Under the pieces are notes generated by a model. That model made no database searches and was not told the origin of the DNA. It saw nothing but the letters and a program-made list of their open reading frames with translations. Both the position numbers and the translations under genes were made by a program. A stretch of DNA of 64,000 bases from Seison nebaliae. Lineage: Eukaryota. Shown piece by piece: positions 25,854-39,408 of the stretch. The stretch covers positions 1-64,000 of the forward strand of contig JALJEE010000927.1 in assembly GCA_023231475.1 (NCBI GenBank), given 5' to 3'. How positions within the stretch are numbered: position 1 is the first letter of the stretch; each line of letters begins with the position of its first letter.

Positions 25854-26631
25854 ATGATGTCAGGCAATGTAAAAGAGTTTAAAATTTCGGAAAATGATAG
25901 TGAATTCGTTGACACTGATGATTTGGATGAGGATGATGATGAGAAGTGGTTGTCAACCGCCATCAAATACCCCATCATTTCACCATATGAGCCATTCGAT
26001 TCAGATGATGGTTTTATTCTTTTTCTTTCTTATTCTTTTATCGATTTGATACATGAATTCCAGATGAGGACAATTTCAATAATAAAATTTATAAAATCAT
26101 CAGTTCGAAGAATGCAATGTTTATCTTCGCAATTCCCATCATCATATTAGTATTAAGCGGATTGATATTTTTCTTAATTTTCCAAAAAAATCTACATCCG
26201 TCAAAACAATTCCAAAATGCCACCATCGCCCAATTAGATAAGAGAAATGATTGTTACAATGAATATGGATATAATGGTTAACACACTCTTCAGAAATGGT
26301 TTCATAATTCTTTTTCCGTTTCTATAGGAACTGTAAATGTGACAGAGAATAACATTGTATGTCAAGCTTGGAATAAGCAAAATCCGCATCGACATTCATT
26401 GTCTTTCTTATTCGGTGATAAGGACGGAAATAATTGCCGGTGCGATTTCCTTTTTACTTAATTCTACTTCAATTCTCATTGTTTTCCTCTTCTCTTTTAT
26501 ACGTGCAAATTCTTAGACTCATTCCAACATATTTACTCAATGGAACCATAATAACCAAACACAATCGGCCATGGTGCTTCACCATGTCGACTAGACATCG
26601 ATGGAATTATTGTGCAGTGAATAGATGTTAA
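25854..26631 (+). CDS. Type II membrane protein with a single C-terminal kringle domain, 4 exons
   Basis: Acidic N-terminus, TM (AMFIFAIPIIILVLSGLIFFLIF), then CYNEYGYNGTVNVT...CQAWNKQNPHRH...NNCR...PWCFT...RWNYCAVNRC* with six kringle cysteines. Confidence 0.85.
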
Positions 26632-26943
26632 TGGGAAATAAGGAAAAGAACAGCACTATGATTTTTTTTTCAAAAAAAAATCTTATTTTTTTTACAATAA
26701 ACTTAAAAATTTTCTTAAGTAACTTGGTACGATTGACAATTAATGAAACTTTTCTTGATCATTCTTCGTGTCCATATCGATTAAAGTTAATTAAATTATC
26801 ATACTTGCTTCCAGCTTTAATTAGCGATGCATAAAAAATAAAACATATGAACATAATTGGAAAATTGCACAAAATTTAGAGTTTAGTTAGGAAAAAGAAA
26901 AAAATTATTGAGGGAAGAATTAAAGGAAAATTAATTGAATAAC

Positions 26944-29900
26944 ATGAATAATGAAAAATTAGAAGATTTAATTCTTGTTAATAAGAAGAAAAAGAAATCA
27001 GAAAGCAAAACATCACATTATCCTCGATTATTGATAAATCTTCGTCGTTTCGCTGCAAAATGGAGGAAGAAACCTTTGGAAGTTATGGAACGTGAAGAAA
27101 TCATGGAAGAGAATAGACCGACGTATACTGATGTGTCTACTTTACAAAAGAGATTATTATACGATCCACATCATACCAAAAAACGTGAAATTTACTTAAA
27201 GAATTTGAAAGTTGCGGATGAAATGATGAATATGTTGAATTTGGCTAATTCATCTGTTTCATTTCTGGAGAATTCTTTATTTCATCGCACATCGAAAAAA
27301 CGATTGATACCAAATCTTTTAACGATGGACAAATTAGGAAAAATTTATCTTGAGTCATTTGCACAACAGATTAACATTAAACAATTACGATGTTCTTCCA
27401 GTAAACAGGTAATTTGAAAATGAAAAAAAAATAATTTTTTTAAATTTCGTTTAAAAAGTGAATTCTTTTAATTTCCTTGTCAATTTTTAGTTATACATCA
27501 AAGCATTACCATTCCGTGACTTCTTAAAATCAGCACAACAAATAAACATGACGAACGGAAAGAAGTTGATGGATAATGTTTCGGAGAAGGGAGATAAAAA
27601 AGTAAAGAAGAACATTCGACGTATCAAGAAAAGTATGCCTAAAGATATTTATAGTTTTTCATTCTTATAAAACAATTTTTTAAGTTTTCCTCAATAAACA
27701 AATAGAAAATCGACCGTGGAATATTGCGGAGAAGAAACGACAAGAAAAGGAGAGAAAAGAGAAGGAAGAGATTGCCAAATTGGAAGCGGAGAAGAAAGCT
27801 GAAGACGAAAGAATTTTGAAAGAATCAAATTTTGATGAAGATTTAGAAGATGAAGAAGTTGACGAAACAGATGAAGCTGATAATTTCCAAATTACAACGA
27901 TGAGAATTGAGAATGGTTTAGCTCTCTACTATGACAATTTACCGAATATGAGTTCGAAGATTGTTCGAATTTTTACATCTTCTACTTTTACTGGTTATGA
28001 GTTTCATAATTTCGATGTACAACTTCTTCTTACAACGTTTTTAGACACGGCCATGGAACGAAATTCATTAATGGAAAATATTTATCCAAAAATTAAAGAT
28101 TATTGTCGGGAGAAATATGGTTTACAATTTCAGGTGGTCGATATGAGATGGGGCGTGCGAGATGAAGCAACCGATGATCATATGACTGCACAATTATGTA
28201 TGCAGGAAATTGATAACTGTCAACGATTATCAGTAGGACCAAATTTTATAGTTTTATTTTAATTTGGGAAACAATTTATGGAGATTTCCTATCAGGTATT
28301 TCTTGGACAGAAATATGGTTATCGTCCATTACCTGCAAAAATTCTTCACTCTGAATTTCTCAAATTAACAAGCGTCTTAATGGACAGTATGGAAGACAAA
28401 GCTCTTCTCGAAAAATGGTATAGACCTGACGATAATTCTGTTCCTTGTATGGCCGTTTTACAAACGATATCTTCAATTTTTAAAAATTTCACAAATCGAG
28501 TTAGAATTGTTGGAAATTAAAACTTTAAAACTTTTCCTTTTCAGTTATTTCCGAAATTAATGCAGGAAGATCAGAATAAATGGTGGACTACAATGGCTAA
28601 AATGATGGTTATTGTTCGTCGAGCATCGCGGAATTTATTAGAAACGGGAGTGTTCACTCATGAAGATAATCATTGGTTTATTATTAATTATTTTATAATT
28701 GAAATGAGAAAAGAAAACTGTTAGGTATAATTGGTCAGTGACTGAGCAAGAAGTGGTACGGGGATTATTGAAAGCTAATGATAACATCAATCATACGGTT
28801 GCTTATATTCGAATCATTGAGAATATCAACGTCGAACTTTTCCGGCATTCTGGAAAATTTATTGATTTGGATCCACGTCGTCAAATTGATGCGGAATCTC
28901 AAATGTTGTTATCTGATTTACGAGATGTAAGGGTTAGACAAAATTATTTTGTATTTTTCAAATCACACATTTCTCAGGTTCCAGCTGCATTATCTGCAGC
29001 AAATATCATTCACTATAAAATTCCTTGGTCTGATAACGAAGGATTAAACCGAACTGATCATGCTGAATACTTACAAAGCTTCTTAACATCTTTCTATTCT
29101 CGAGTATTGAACTTAATCGATAAGGGCGTTGTTGAACAAAGAAAATTGGAAGGTGACAAGTTCAGAATTATTACATTTATCATATTATTCAATTTACTAT
29201 ATTCCTTTTATTTTTCCTAGATTGTATAATGAAATTTTACAACATCATCATGTTTGTGCAAATATTTGTAAAGAATTTCAAGGACGAGAAGATCTTTTAG
29301 CATTAGTTCGCAACTATATCGAAGATGATAAATTTCATCGACCACTCGTATTATGGGGACCATCCGGTTGCGGAAAAACTTCTTTACTAGCAAAAAGTGC
29401 TTCACTAGTTTCTACTTTTATTTTGATGATAAAAATTGAAAATTTTCTTTTACAGGTTTTCAAGAATTTTGAAACAAATATTTTACAGACGATGAAATTT
29501 GAGGAAAGAAATAAATATAATGCAGTCGATAATGAGAAGAGTTGGTACGATAGTAATATGAATAAGAGTCCGATATTAATCGTCCGGTTTTTGGGAAGTT
29601 CGCCTGAGAGTAGTACTGTTCTTGCTCTTTTGACGAACATTTGTCAACATATTTCACGCGTCTATAATTTGGAATTGGGAACATTACCAGAAGAATTGGC
29701 ACCAATGACAAATTATTTCAAAAATTTATTAGAAGATGTTGGATTTGGTCGTCAAAGAAAATTTCAAGTAGGTGATCAAAGTAATAACGGTGATAATGGA
29801 TTGAATGACGAAAATACGATTTCGATGACAAGTGTATCAACAAACACCACGAAATATGTTCGACCTCTTTATATTTTTCTCGATGCAATCGATGCATTGT

Positions 29901-32900
29901 CCAATACAGATGGTGCACATTCTTGTACTTGGTTACCGCTCAATTTACCACCAAACGTTAAAATTGTCATATCTACATTGTCCGATCATTCGTCGATATT
30001 AGACAATTTGAAAAGTTTAATAGAAGAACAAATATATTTTTTGGAAGTTCGTCAATTGGGACCAGATCTTGGAACGAAAATCTTAAACGCCTGGCTAAAA
30101 ATAAAAAACCGGACCATTACAAGAGAGCAGTGGAATATCGTAGTGAATGCATTGAGCGGTTGCAATTTACCATTATATATGAAATTGGTTTTCGACGAAA
30201 TCATCAGATGGAAATCATATTCTTTACCTAAAGTAACTATTTTAGGATCGAGTATCGAACAGTGTATTAGTAAGTTATTGGACCGAGTAGAAATGCAACA
30301 TGGAAAAGTTTTGGTATCATATGCTCTAGCTTATGTGACTGCATCGAAGGATGGTTTGAGCGAATCTGAAATTGAAGATCTGATTAGTTTAGATGAGACG
30401 GTATTGAATGATATTTATCAATACCATTTACCACCAATTCGGCGAATTCCTCCATTACTCTGGACAAGAATTCGATCGGAAATGCCAAATTATTTAGTTG
30501 AAAGAGAATCAGGTGGAACAAGTGTAGTTGAATGGTATCATCGTCAATTTGCTGACGAGAGTAATCGAAGATATTTAAGTGATGCAAGTTTCCGGTCATA
30601 CATTCATAAACAGATGTCTGAATATTTTTCCGGTATGTGGGCAGGTAAAGCGAAACCATTCAAATATTCGGATAGTCAAATGAAAATGTTTCATTTGGCT
30701 GAAGTGGATGGAGAAGCGAATCGAAAGGTCCCGTCTCAACCGAACTTCTTTTTAGATAAAGAAAGAATGAATGTTCTCAGATATAATATTCGTCGAATGA
30801 ATGAATTACCATACCATTATATTCGATCTCAACAACCAGATGTTTTGTGTGAAGATATCCTTTTTAATTATGAGTTTGTTCATTCCAAACTTTCTGCACT
30901 TCCAATGAGTATGTTAATTGAGAATTATATTGATTTTTATGAATTCTATCCAGCTTATAAGGAAGTGAAATTAATGTCAGATGCACTCCGCTTATCAGCT
31001 GGGGTGTTATCGTCAAATCCAGATAATTTAGGTATCCAAATATGTGGTCGTCTTGCTCCATTCTATTATACGTACAATAATATTCAGAAATTTATGGATC
31101 AGTGTAATAGTCAAGGATTATTCAAATGTTGTATGATACCAACATATGCATGCTTTCATTCGCCTGGTGGACCACTAAAGTTCTCTTTGGAAGGACATCA
31201 ATTTGCCATTTATGGTTTTGCTTTTATTAAAAATGGTACAGAAATCATTTCAGCTTCTAACCGTTTTATGGTTCATGATTTGTTGAGTGGGGAAATATCG
31301 CGAGTCATCTCCTTATCGAGTGGTCAAACGATAAGTGGAATAAATGATGTACAACGAGAAAGGATAAAGAAACAGGAATCAGAATATTTAACCGAAATAG
31401 AAAAACAGGAAATAATTAAAAGAAAACGATTAAGTGCTATTATGCAATCATTGAGCATATCCCCTAATGAGAGATGGGCGTGTTCCTACACGAATTATAA
31501 TGATTTAGTTGTTTGTTCATTGAGGACGAGCGATGTGAAGATCACGGATGAGATTACGACAAAACCAGCAAATTTTAAAGAAATGAATTTGGGCATCCGA
31601 AGTAATAAATTAATTTGTGGAATAAACGCCGGTGACACATGTTTTGTTGCATGGAGTTGGAAATGTTGGTGGTTGCACGATATCCACACTTTGAAACAAA
31701 TCGCTACTGGAAACGCTTCGCAACAAATCATTTCGATGAATGTAATAAATCGACGAGAAATGAAATGGGCAAAATTAAAAGAGCAGGAAAAGAAGATATT
31801 GGTAGAACAAAGAAAACGGAATCGTCACAGTCGAAAGAATCGTCGTTCATCAATTATGCCAGAAGATAATGCTATGGATAGTATTGATCAATTAATTGAA
31901 GAGGTTTATTCTGGAATTGAATTAGAAATAGTGATAAGAGCTGAAGAGTTAACGAGTGAAGAAGAAAGAGAAGTGGAACAAGATGATATGTTTCTTTATT
32001 ATATTGATCCTTTGAGAGATATCGATTCATTTGAAATTAGAAAGAATAATGGAATCCATAAAAGTCAATATCCGAGACATTTATTGACAGGTGGTATATT
32101 AGACTGTCATTCAGGTATTGCAATGAATAAGGATCGTTCACGCGTTTATACTTGTATCGATATTGCAGGAAATTATGTTGAGACTTATACGAATGAATTA
32201 ACTGTTTGGCATAAAAGTTATCAAGGCATACCAATACAAATTCCAGTGACAGAAGAAGGTAAAATGAAGTATCATCATCATGAATTTGACGATTCACCAC
32301 TTAGTGAAAATCTTAGTCGAGAATGGAAATTTGATACTTCGTTCGAACATAATACTAATTTGATATTTGGATTGCTCTTGAGTCCCAATGAAGAACAATT
32401 ATTGGCAATGGTAACATTTGGTTATAAAGTGTTTAATGTGAGAACTGGTAAAGCAACGCTCTTACATTTACCGGAGAATGTGAGAAATATTCCAATAGGC
32501 GCCAAAAGTCTTAACATCCCTGCAACATTCGCTTATGAGAACCAATTCGTCATTGGAAGTGTTCGGACAGATATTTATTGCTGGGAAACGATAAATGGTA
32601 ATTTACTACAAAAAATGGATGCACATTTTGCTCGAATAACTTGTCTGGCGGCTCGAAGTGGTAAGAAATTTGATGTAATTTCTGGTTCGATGGACAAAAC
32701 AATTAAAGTATGGAATTTGGAAAATGTGGCAGAAGAATATCGAAGTGTAGAACGATTAGAAAAACCGGTAGAAGCGATAGACATCGCATCAGATGCAAAT
32801 ATCGCTGTGGCGCTTAGCAGAAATCAATTATCATTATTCGATACATTTACTGGGAAACGAATGTGTGATTTAGCGTCATCGTTACATGGAGTAATGATAC

Positions 32901-34563
32901 ACAAAGCAGCAATCACAACGTCTGGTGAATATTTAGTTTGTGCCGAATCGAATAATATTGCATTTTGGAAGATTATTTTGATGGAACCGAAAGAAGCTTA
33001 TCCAATTTTAATCCAACCGCTAAAATATGTCCTTCAAATCCTTTGGAATAATAGTGAAACTGAAGTAATTATTTTTGCAAAAATGATTGCAAATCGTGCA
33101 ATTGCCATCAATTTCCGTTTGAGCGATGGAGAGTTATTGTGGAAATTTGAGTTCGTTTTACCTGAACCTCCACCAATGCCAGGTGGCATGTTACCAACTA
33201 ATCAATTAGCCTTATCCAATCATTATATGCATACGTATCGTGCAGCGGTGATAACACGAGATGGAGAGAATGTGATCGTATTAGAAAATGACCCAATAAT
33301 AGTGCCACAAGTTGATGATGACGCATCAGTTAATAATAGTAAGGAAAAGAAGACAATTATTGAAGAAAGGTCAGGTGTTCGATTTGGAATTTATTCAACT
33401 AAAACTGGAAAGTCGATTGATAGATATCCTTTAAACTTTCCCGGATTTAATAAATTTTTTACGGAAATTGTAGCACTGCCTCATACATCGGCCTTTTTAG
33501 GTCTTATCGAATTGGAGAAAGGTTTCCTTAGTTTCATACAGTTGAATAATTAAATGAGTTGTATTTTATTAGGAAATATTGTAAATTTTAAAGATAAAAG
33601 ATTTATTCGTACAGTTCAAAAGTGGAATGGTGCTATCACTACTAATGGGAAATATGGATTGTTTGCACCAGCTAGAGGTGGACTGGAAATAATTGATATG
33701 AAGAATGGTCAAACGGTTAAACAACTTATTGGAAAGAAAGCCGAAGGCGTTTTTTCCGTGAAAGCCAATTTCACCAAAACTGATCAACATGTCGTTTATT
33801 ATCACAGTGGACATAGGACGTTACGTATATTTCGTACGAAAGACGGTCGATTCATTGGAAATTTTACTGTTATATTCTTGTAAATGTTTATTCTTAATAT
33901 TCTTGTTCAATTCTTAGTGTCCGTCGAAGTTGATTGAATGGAAAAGTACAGTGAATGGTTATAATCTCCTCTTAGGATTGGAGGATGGTAGTGTTCTTAT
34001 GATGACTATTGCTGATCCTTTAGCTGGAGATTCCCCATATAATCATCAACCAAAATTAGTAACAAAAACTTTCAAGAGTCGTTTCAATCAAGACACAGAC
34101 TTCTTTGCTGAATTAAGTGCGATGAGAGAAAATTCTGATTCCATTACTCCTCCAAAGCCAATAAAATATGGAACAAGCGAAGATATAACTGACGATAATA
34201 ATTATGTTTCTTATTTACAATCAAGACGAAATCAATCCTTAGCTCTCATCAATGACAAAAGTTTATTTTGAACTTTTCGCAATATCTTGATTAAATTCCT
34301 CATACATTTCAGCTAACCAACATACAATAAATGTCTTCTTGAAAGAGAAGGACTATAGGGAAAATAAGGCCAGAAAAGACAATAGAAAATTAAGTCGAAT
34401 GAATACGAATGCAAGTCAAATAATTCGAGGATTACCTCCCCTACTTACCATAACAAATGCTTTCGAAAGAAACCTTCGGAAAAAACAATTGGAAGATGCA
34501 AATAACAAGGAGAATGTGGAGGACATTGAAGATCCAGATAAATTAGCATTGCCACCACATTAA
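26944..34563 (+). CDS. NACHT and WD40 repeat protein (NWD1/NWD2-like), about 13 exons
   Basis: VRIFTSSTFTD...ERN...DMRWG N-terminal domain, Walker A GPSGCGKTS, Walker B IFLDAID, RRIPPLLW, WD repeats (GHQFAI; SGSMDKTIKVW). The link between the first two exons and the rest is less certain. Confidence 0.88.
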
Positions 34564-34776
34564 TCATCATTCAAGAATGATCATTATGTTTCGTTATGGG
34601 ACGTAATATGGCAAGTATAACAGTATGGCACGTATATTGATCTCGTAAGAAGGATTATTTTATTAATATTACTTTTACTGTATCTAAATTATAATTAATG
34701 ATCTTAATTTTATATTCATTACAAATGCCATTTTAGTCATGTTAACAAATTTGATTTTTGTGAAAAAAAAATTACT

Positions 34777-34848
34777 TAGCAGCGAGTGGTTTCGATCCAC
34801 CGACCTCTGAGTTATGAGCCCAGCACGCTTCCGCTGCGCCACGCTGCT
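34777..34848 (-). tRNA. Initiator tRNA-Met (CAT)
   Basis: The reverse complement AGCAGCGTGGCGCAGCGGAAGCGTGCTGGGCTCATAACTCAGAGGTCGGTGGATCGAAACCACTCGCTGCTA shows A1:U72, a GATCGAAA T-loop and a CAT anticodon. A T-run terminator lies just downstream and a TATA-like element about 25 nt upstream. Confidence 0.97.
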
Positions 34849-35078
34849 ACATGTACTTTGTCAAAACTCTCTATATAACTTGTTCGTTTCATATACAGGA
34901 ATTAAATGAACCGGCTAAATTATGTGCTATAATTAATTCAGAGAAACTTACTGAATCATATGTACAAAAGGAATTAGACGGAACTTTTAAAATTTTCACG
35001 TTAAATTAAAGATGCTTCTACCACATCATATTTCCGGAAATTGTCAATAGGATTCACAGATGTCAGATGAGATATACA

Positions 35079-35135
35079 TAAAGAAGAGTTAAATTGTGAA
35101 TAGGGATATGAAAATCGTTTAGGAATGATTATTCA
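35079..35135. repeat. Dispersed ~57-bp repeat, copy 1
   Basis: taaagaagagtt-aaattgtgaatagggatatgaaaatcgtttaggaatgattattca, near-identical to 40902-40959. Confidence 0.85.
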
Positions 35136-35288
35136 TTTTCTTATTATTGAATTAATTATTGAAATTAGTTAATATTGAAAATTCAAATAAACCACTTGCT
35201 GATTTGATTTTATTAATAAAAAATGTATAATATTGGTATTAGAAACCATCTACTTTAATATAATAATTTATAAATATAATTTGGAATA

Positions 35289-38200
35289 TTACAGTATAGT
35301 ACAAGCTTTACTTGATTTTATCTTTTTCAATCGACGACCGTTATTGTTTATACTTTCATTCTCACCATAAGCAAGTTCTAGAATGATACATTTTATTTTA
35401 TATCGTCATAAATATACTTAACCTTTTTCTAATTCGAAATTATAAAGCTTTTCGTCAACTATCTCCTTTCGAGCTGCATTGATAATTCGATTGATCTCTT
35501 CCTCTTGGTATGGGAATGAAGTTACGGATGTGGCGCTCAAATCAATTGCAACTCGATTACCTGATATTGTTCACAAAAGGATTAATAAAGAAAATAACGA
35601 AAAAATTTCACCTTGTGGACTGATGATAACGGGAAAGAATCCGCCTGGTGGTTCCAACAGAACTCTGGCACTTCCAATATTTCGATTAATTGTGAGAAAA
35701 CAAATGACTAATCGATCTTCTTCATCCAACTCATTAATATTAATAGAATTTCCTTCTGAATCTTTTCTATAGTTTTTAGGGAATATTATGCCCCAACCCA
35801 CTCGATCACCTTTCTTTATAGTTTTCTCTTGACTATTCAACGAGATGGGCCAAAAGCGAATGAAATCTTGACGATATGAGAAATATTTTGGACGATTGAT
35901 CTTATCGAAACTATCATCATATGGTGATGCCGTACATAGTGCAATGACGCAAGGTGGAGATTGTTCACCAAAATCGTCGGCAATAATCATTTCAAAGTGA
36001 TTTGTTTTCTGATTTAGTGATTGAGGTGCCTGAATTGCATATGACGATTTTTTCATTGAAATTTTATCATTAGTCAAATCTTCATTAAATGTATAAATAT
36101 AAATCAGGTCGTTATTTACATAAGTTTCATTCCTAAACGAAGTAAATTAGTAAATATTTTGGGGAAATTTCATCAACTTGTTTTGTTTCTGATCGTTCGT
36201 TAAATTTATATTCAATGAATTTGGAACGATCTGATTCTTGGAATGGACACACTTTGTTCCGTAAGGTAAACACCAATTTTCAGGTTCGGATATATCAAAA
36301 TAAGTAGTTCTTGTCATCTGGTAATGAGAATAAATGACTAGTCGACATTCTATTAAAAAGAATTTAGTTAAATATAAAATTAGAAATTGAATTAATTAAC
36401 TGCTATTAATTTCGGAAGATGTAAAATAAATTGTTGGATAAATAAATGGATGTTCAGGATCATGTGTGATAAATCTCGTTGCAACCGGTTTCAAATTCCT
36501 TACAAATAAAAGCACGGACATCGTTTTCTCGAAATGAAGTACTTGAATAATAATTGAGTCACCTAAAAATTAAAAAATTACTCTAAGATATCGAATTTGG
36601 AAGAGTTGAAAAAGAAAGACCTTGAACAAAAGGAATACCTTCCAAATTTGCTCCACATTTTCCATTATACCAAATTTTTCCATCAATCGAATTATAACCA
36701 ACAGAATTCTGTTGGTAACCAACGATGCTGCTATTTAGATTCGTCAATTTAGTGGTAACGCCAATTATGACGGTGGCATATGAAGCTAATGATAAATTTT
36801 CATTAATTTTTGAAAAGGTAAGATAAAAGGTAGAAAGAACTCAATGAATCGATTTCAACTAAAAATGATGAGCCATATTCGATTGAAAGTGGGAATTTTA
36901 TTAGTTGCAAATAATGATTTGTATTTGGCGTTATATCGTTTAATGAAGCGATAATTTTCGTTTCTTTTATTTCCAAATTTAATTTAGGTGATTTAATAAA
37001 TTCTTTCAATATCTTCTTCTCTAATGCTTCCGATGTGTCTGGTAACCGTAAATTTAAATTATTCTTCAAGATCGATTTAGCTGGCAACATTTGCCTCTCC
37101 CAATGTTTTGCCAATAAATCTTTCGATAAATTTTCATCATCAAAACTCAATTGAATTGAAGTATCTTTATGAGAAAAGAAAAATAACAAATATTAAATGA
37201 ATTAAATTAAAAGTTAAAAAGAAATTCAATACAACTTTTAAGCATGATTACTGCAAAAAAACCACCTGGTGGTTGGACTACAGCAAAAGTTTTATCAATG
37301 TTCCCATTTATTGTATTAAATAATATAATAAGATTATTCTCATTAATCCAAGTTTCACTGGTTTGTCGACATCCTTTTGTATATGTCCCCCATCCCATTC
37401 GATCACCACATGACACTGGAATATTTATTTTAGAATAAATGATAATATTCATCTAACATTTTTCGGTTGGTTGATAAGTGAAAAAGTCCTGGAATATGGT
37501 AATTGCGGGAGAAGGAAGAATTGGTGAACACGTTGTCACGCCAGCAATAGCTAAATGATTATCTTGTTCTTTAGTTCGAGTAATTTTCAATTCGTAATAA
37601 CATAGATCCGTGTCACCAATTGTCATGGAACTGCAAACCAAATTTTTATCGATCGACGACTTCGCAGAGAATAGCTTCTCTTCCGAGTTATAATCGACCG
37701 TCGGACTTTTAATCCAATCAGAAGTATTATTCTGATATCGAAAAATAATCATAAAAAAATAAAAAAATTCAAAATTAGTTTAAAATTAATTCTCAACAAA
37801 TTTAAATTTTTTCGTCATTACGAACGTTTCACTCACGGCAACTTCAGTTTCATCGCCATATAATGTTAGTACCGGATATAAATCGTCATCACCGTCCAAA
37901 CGATTCACATATCTAGGAGAATATATGGATTCAACTCAATAAATGTAAAAAAGAGAAACGTTAAGTTTATTTGATGTCCGTTCTTCAAGAATAAAAGTTG
38001 AGCAAACTCGTTTTTTTGATAAATGTTTAAAATGTCAATTGAATCACCTTTGAAATATTCGGAAATTATTATATTTTTGAAAATCATTAACCAATCGTAC
38101 AATTAACAGGGATGCAGTTGGTGGCATCTGAAGAAGATGAGAAAATTTTCCCAGTCGAACATTGATAACCGACTGTCCGATTGAATTTACCTACTTCAGG

Positions 38201-38548
38201 TATCTCTAAATCAGCGTTCTCATTAATTTTTGAACTAAAATCTTTCGATGCTGCTCCTATGGTAATATCTCCAAATTCTTTAACATTTAATTTCATGTAT
38301 TTTAAATGAAGAAAAATCAGACTTGTTGTAGAAATAACATTCACAGAATATTGATGATTATATTGAAGAGGTTTGAAGAATTGAATGAATTGTTTTGATT
38401 TTGAATATTTTTTAAGTTTAATTCTATATTGGTTATTATTTAGGGAGGAATCCTCCACAACCTCAATATCTGATGAGCGATGAAATTTTCCTTTAAAACA
38501 TTTTTCTTTTATTGACATTATCGATTGATCTGATATCATCAGATTCAT
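35289..38548 (-). CDS. Multi-SPRY-like domain protein (SPRYD3-like repeats) with polybasic region and C-terminal CaaX, about 13 exons (start uncertain)
   Basis: Repeated SPRY-type motifs (ITIGAA...VGKFNRTVGYQCSTGKIF; GDRMGWG...FNTING...PPGGFF; GDRVGWG...FLTIN...PPGGFFPVI). The protein ends RRLKKIKSSKACTIL*. Confidence 0.75.
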
Positions 38549-38990
38549 ATAATAACTCGAATAAATTACCTAAATATTCTCCGTTTCCATGGTACGAATA
38601 TAACAATCTTCATGAAATTTAGAAGACAGTGTCAGAAAAGTAGAATTTAAATCATCGGCTTCTAATTCTCAAAATCCATTGCTTTCAAATTATTCAAGAA
38701 ATTTATCTGTAGTTAATTTCTAATTTTTGTTACCTGTAGTTATGTAATTATTCGTTAATTCTATCAAGAATTTTAAAAAACTGGAATTAAAATTATATTT
38801 TTATACTTGTGCATTTAGTTTTATATCGGTATTTGTACTTTCTTGAAATTAATATTTGTGAAGAATTAAATTAATTTTCTTTCATTTTTTTTCGTACTAA
38901 AATTCTTTTTGTTTATCATATCAAATTTATTATAAATGTGAATTAGTTAAACAGATTTTCAATTTAATTAACTGATTGTTCTTGGACGTT

Positions 38991-39269
38991 ATGACAGATG
39001 AGAATTTAGATAAAAAATGGATTCATTCACCTTGTGTCAATGAAGCATTTATGATAGGCATTCCGTCCGGAATAATTGTTGGTAGTCTGGGATATCTCTT
39101 TACCAGTAGAGGACGTCAAGCAAGCAACATCGGATTTGGCGTTTTCTTCTTATCTTCCATCGGCTTCTTTCAAATGTGTCAGATACGTTACCGAACTGAG
39201 AAACGCAAGCTGGATATGATTAATGAGAAGGCGGCAGCGAAAGTTGTAGAAGTGAAAAATGAAGATTGA
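38991..39269 (+). CDS. COX20: Cytochrome c oxidase assembly factor COX20
   Basis: PCVNEAFMIGIPSGIIVG...YLFTS...ASNIGFGVF...FQMC: two TMs with the conserved Cys pair. Confidence 0.85.
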   Translation: MTDENLDKKWIHSPCVNEAFMIGIPSGIIVGSLGYLFTSRGRQASNIGFGVFFLSSIGFFQMCQIRYRTEKRKLDMINEKAAAKVVEVKNED

Positions 39270-39391
39270 TGTTGTTATATCTCTTATTTAATTAAATTGC
39301 CATTTTACTTTCTAAATTTCCTATGAAAAACCGATGAACTTTTATACACAAATACTCAATTCGACTTGTATGAGATGAGAATGTAATGATA

Positions 39392-39408
39392 TGTGTGTGT
39401 GTGTGTGT
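39392..39408. repeat. (TG)n microsatellite
   Basis: tgtgtgtgtgtgtgtgt. Confidence 0.9.

Noticed and set aside
35094..35135. SECIS element in the 57-bp repeat (ATGA...TGA in a hairpin)
   Set aside because: The spacing between ATGA and GA is far too short for SECIS helix II plus apical loop, and no upstream gene has an in-frame TGA.
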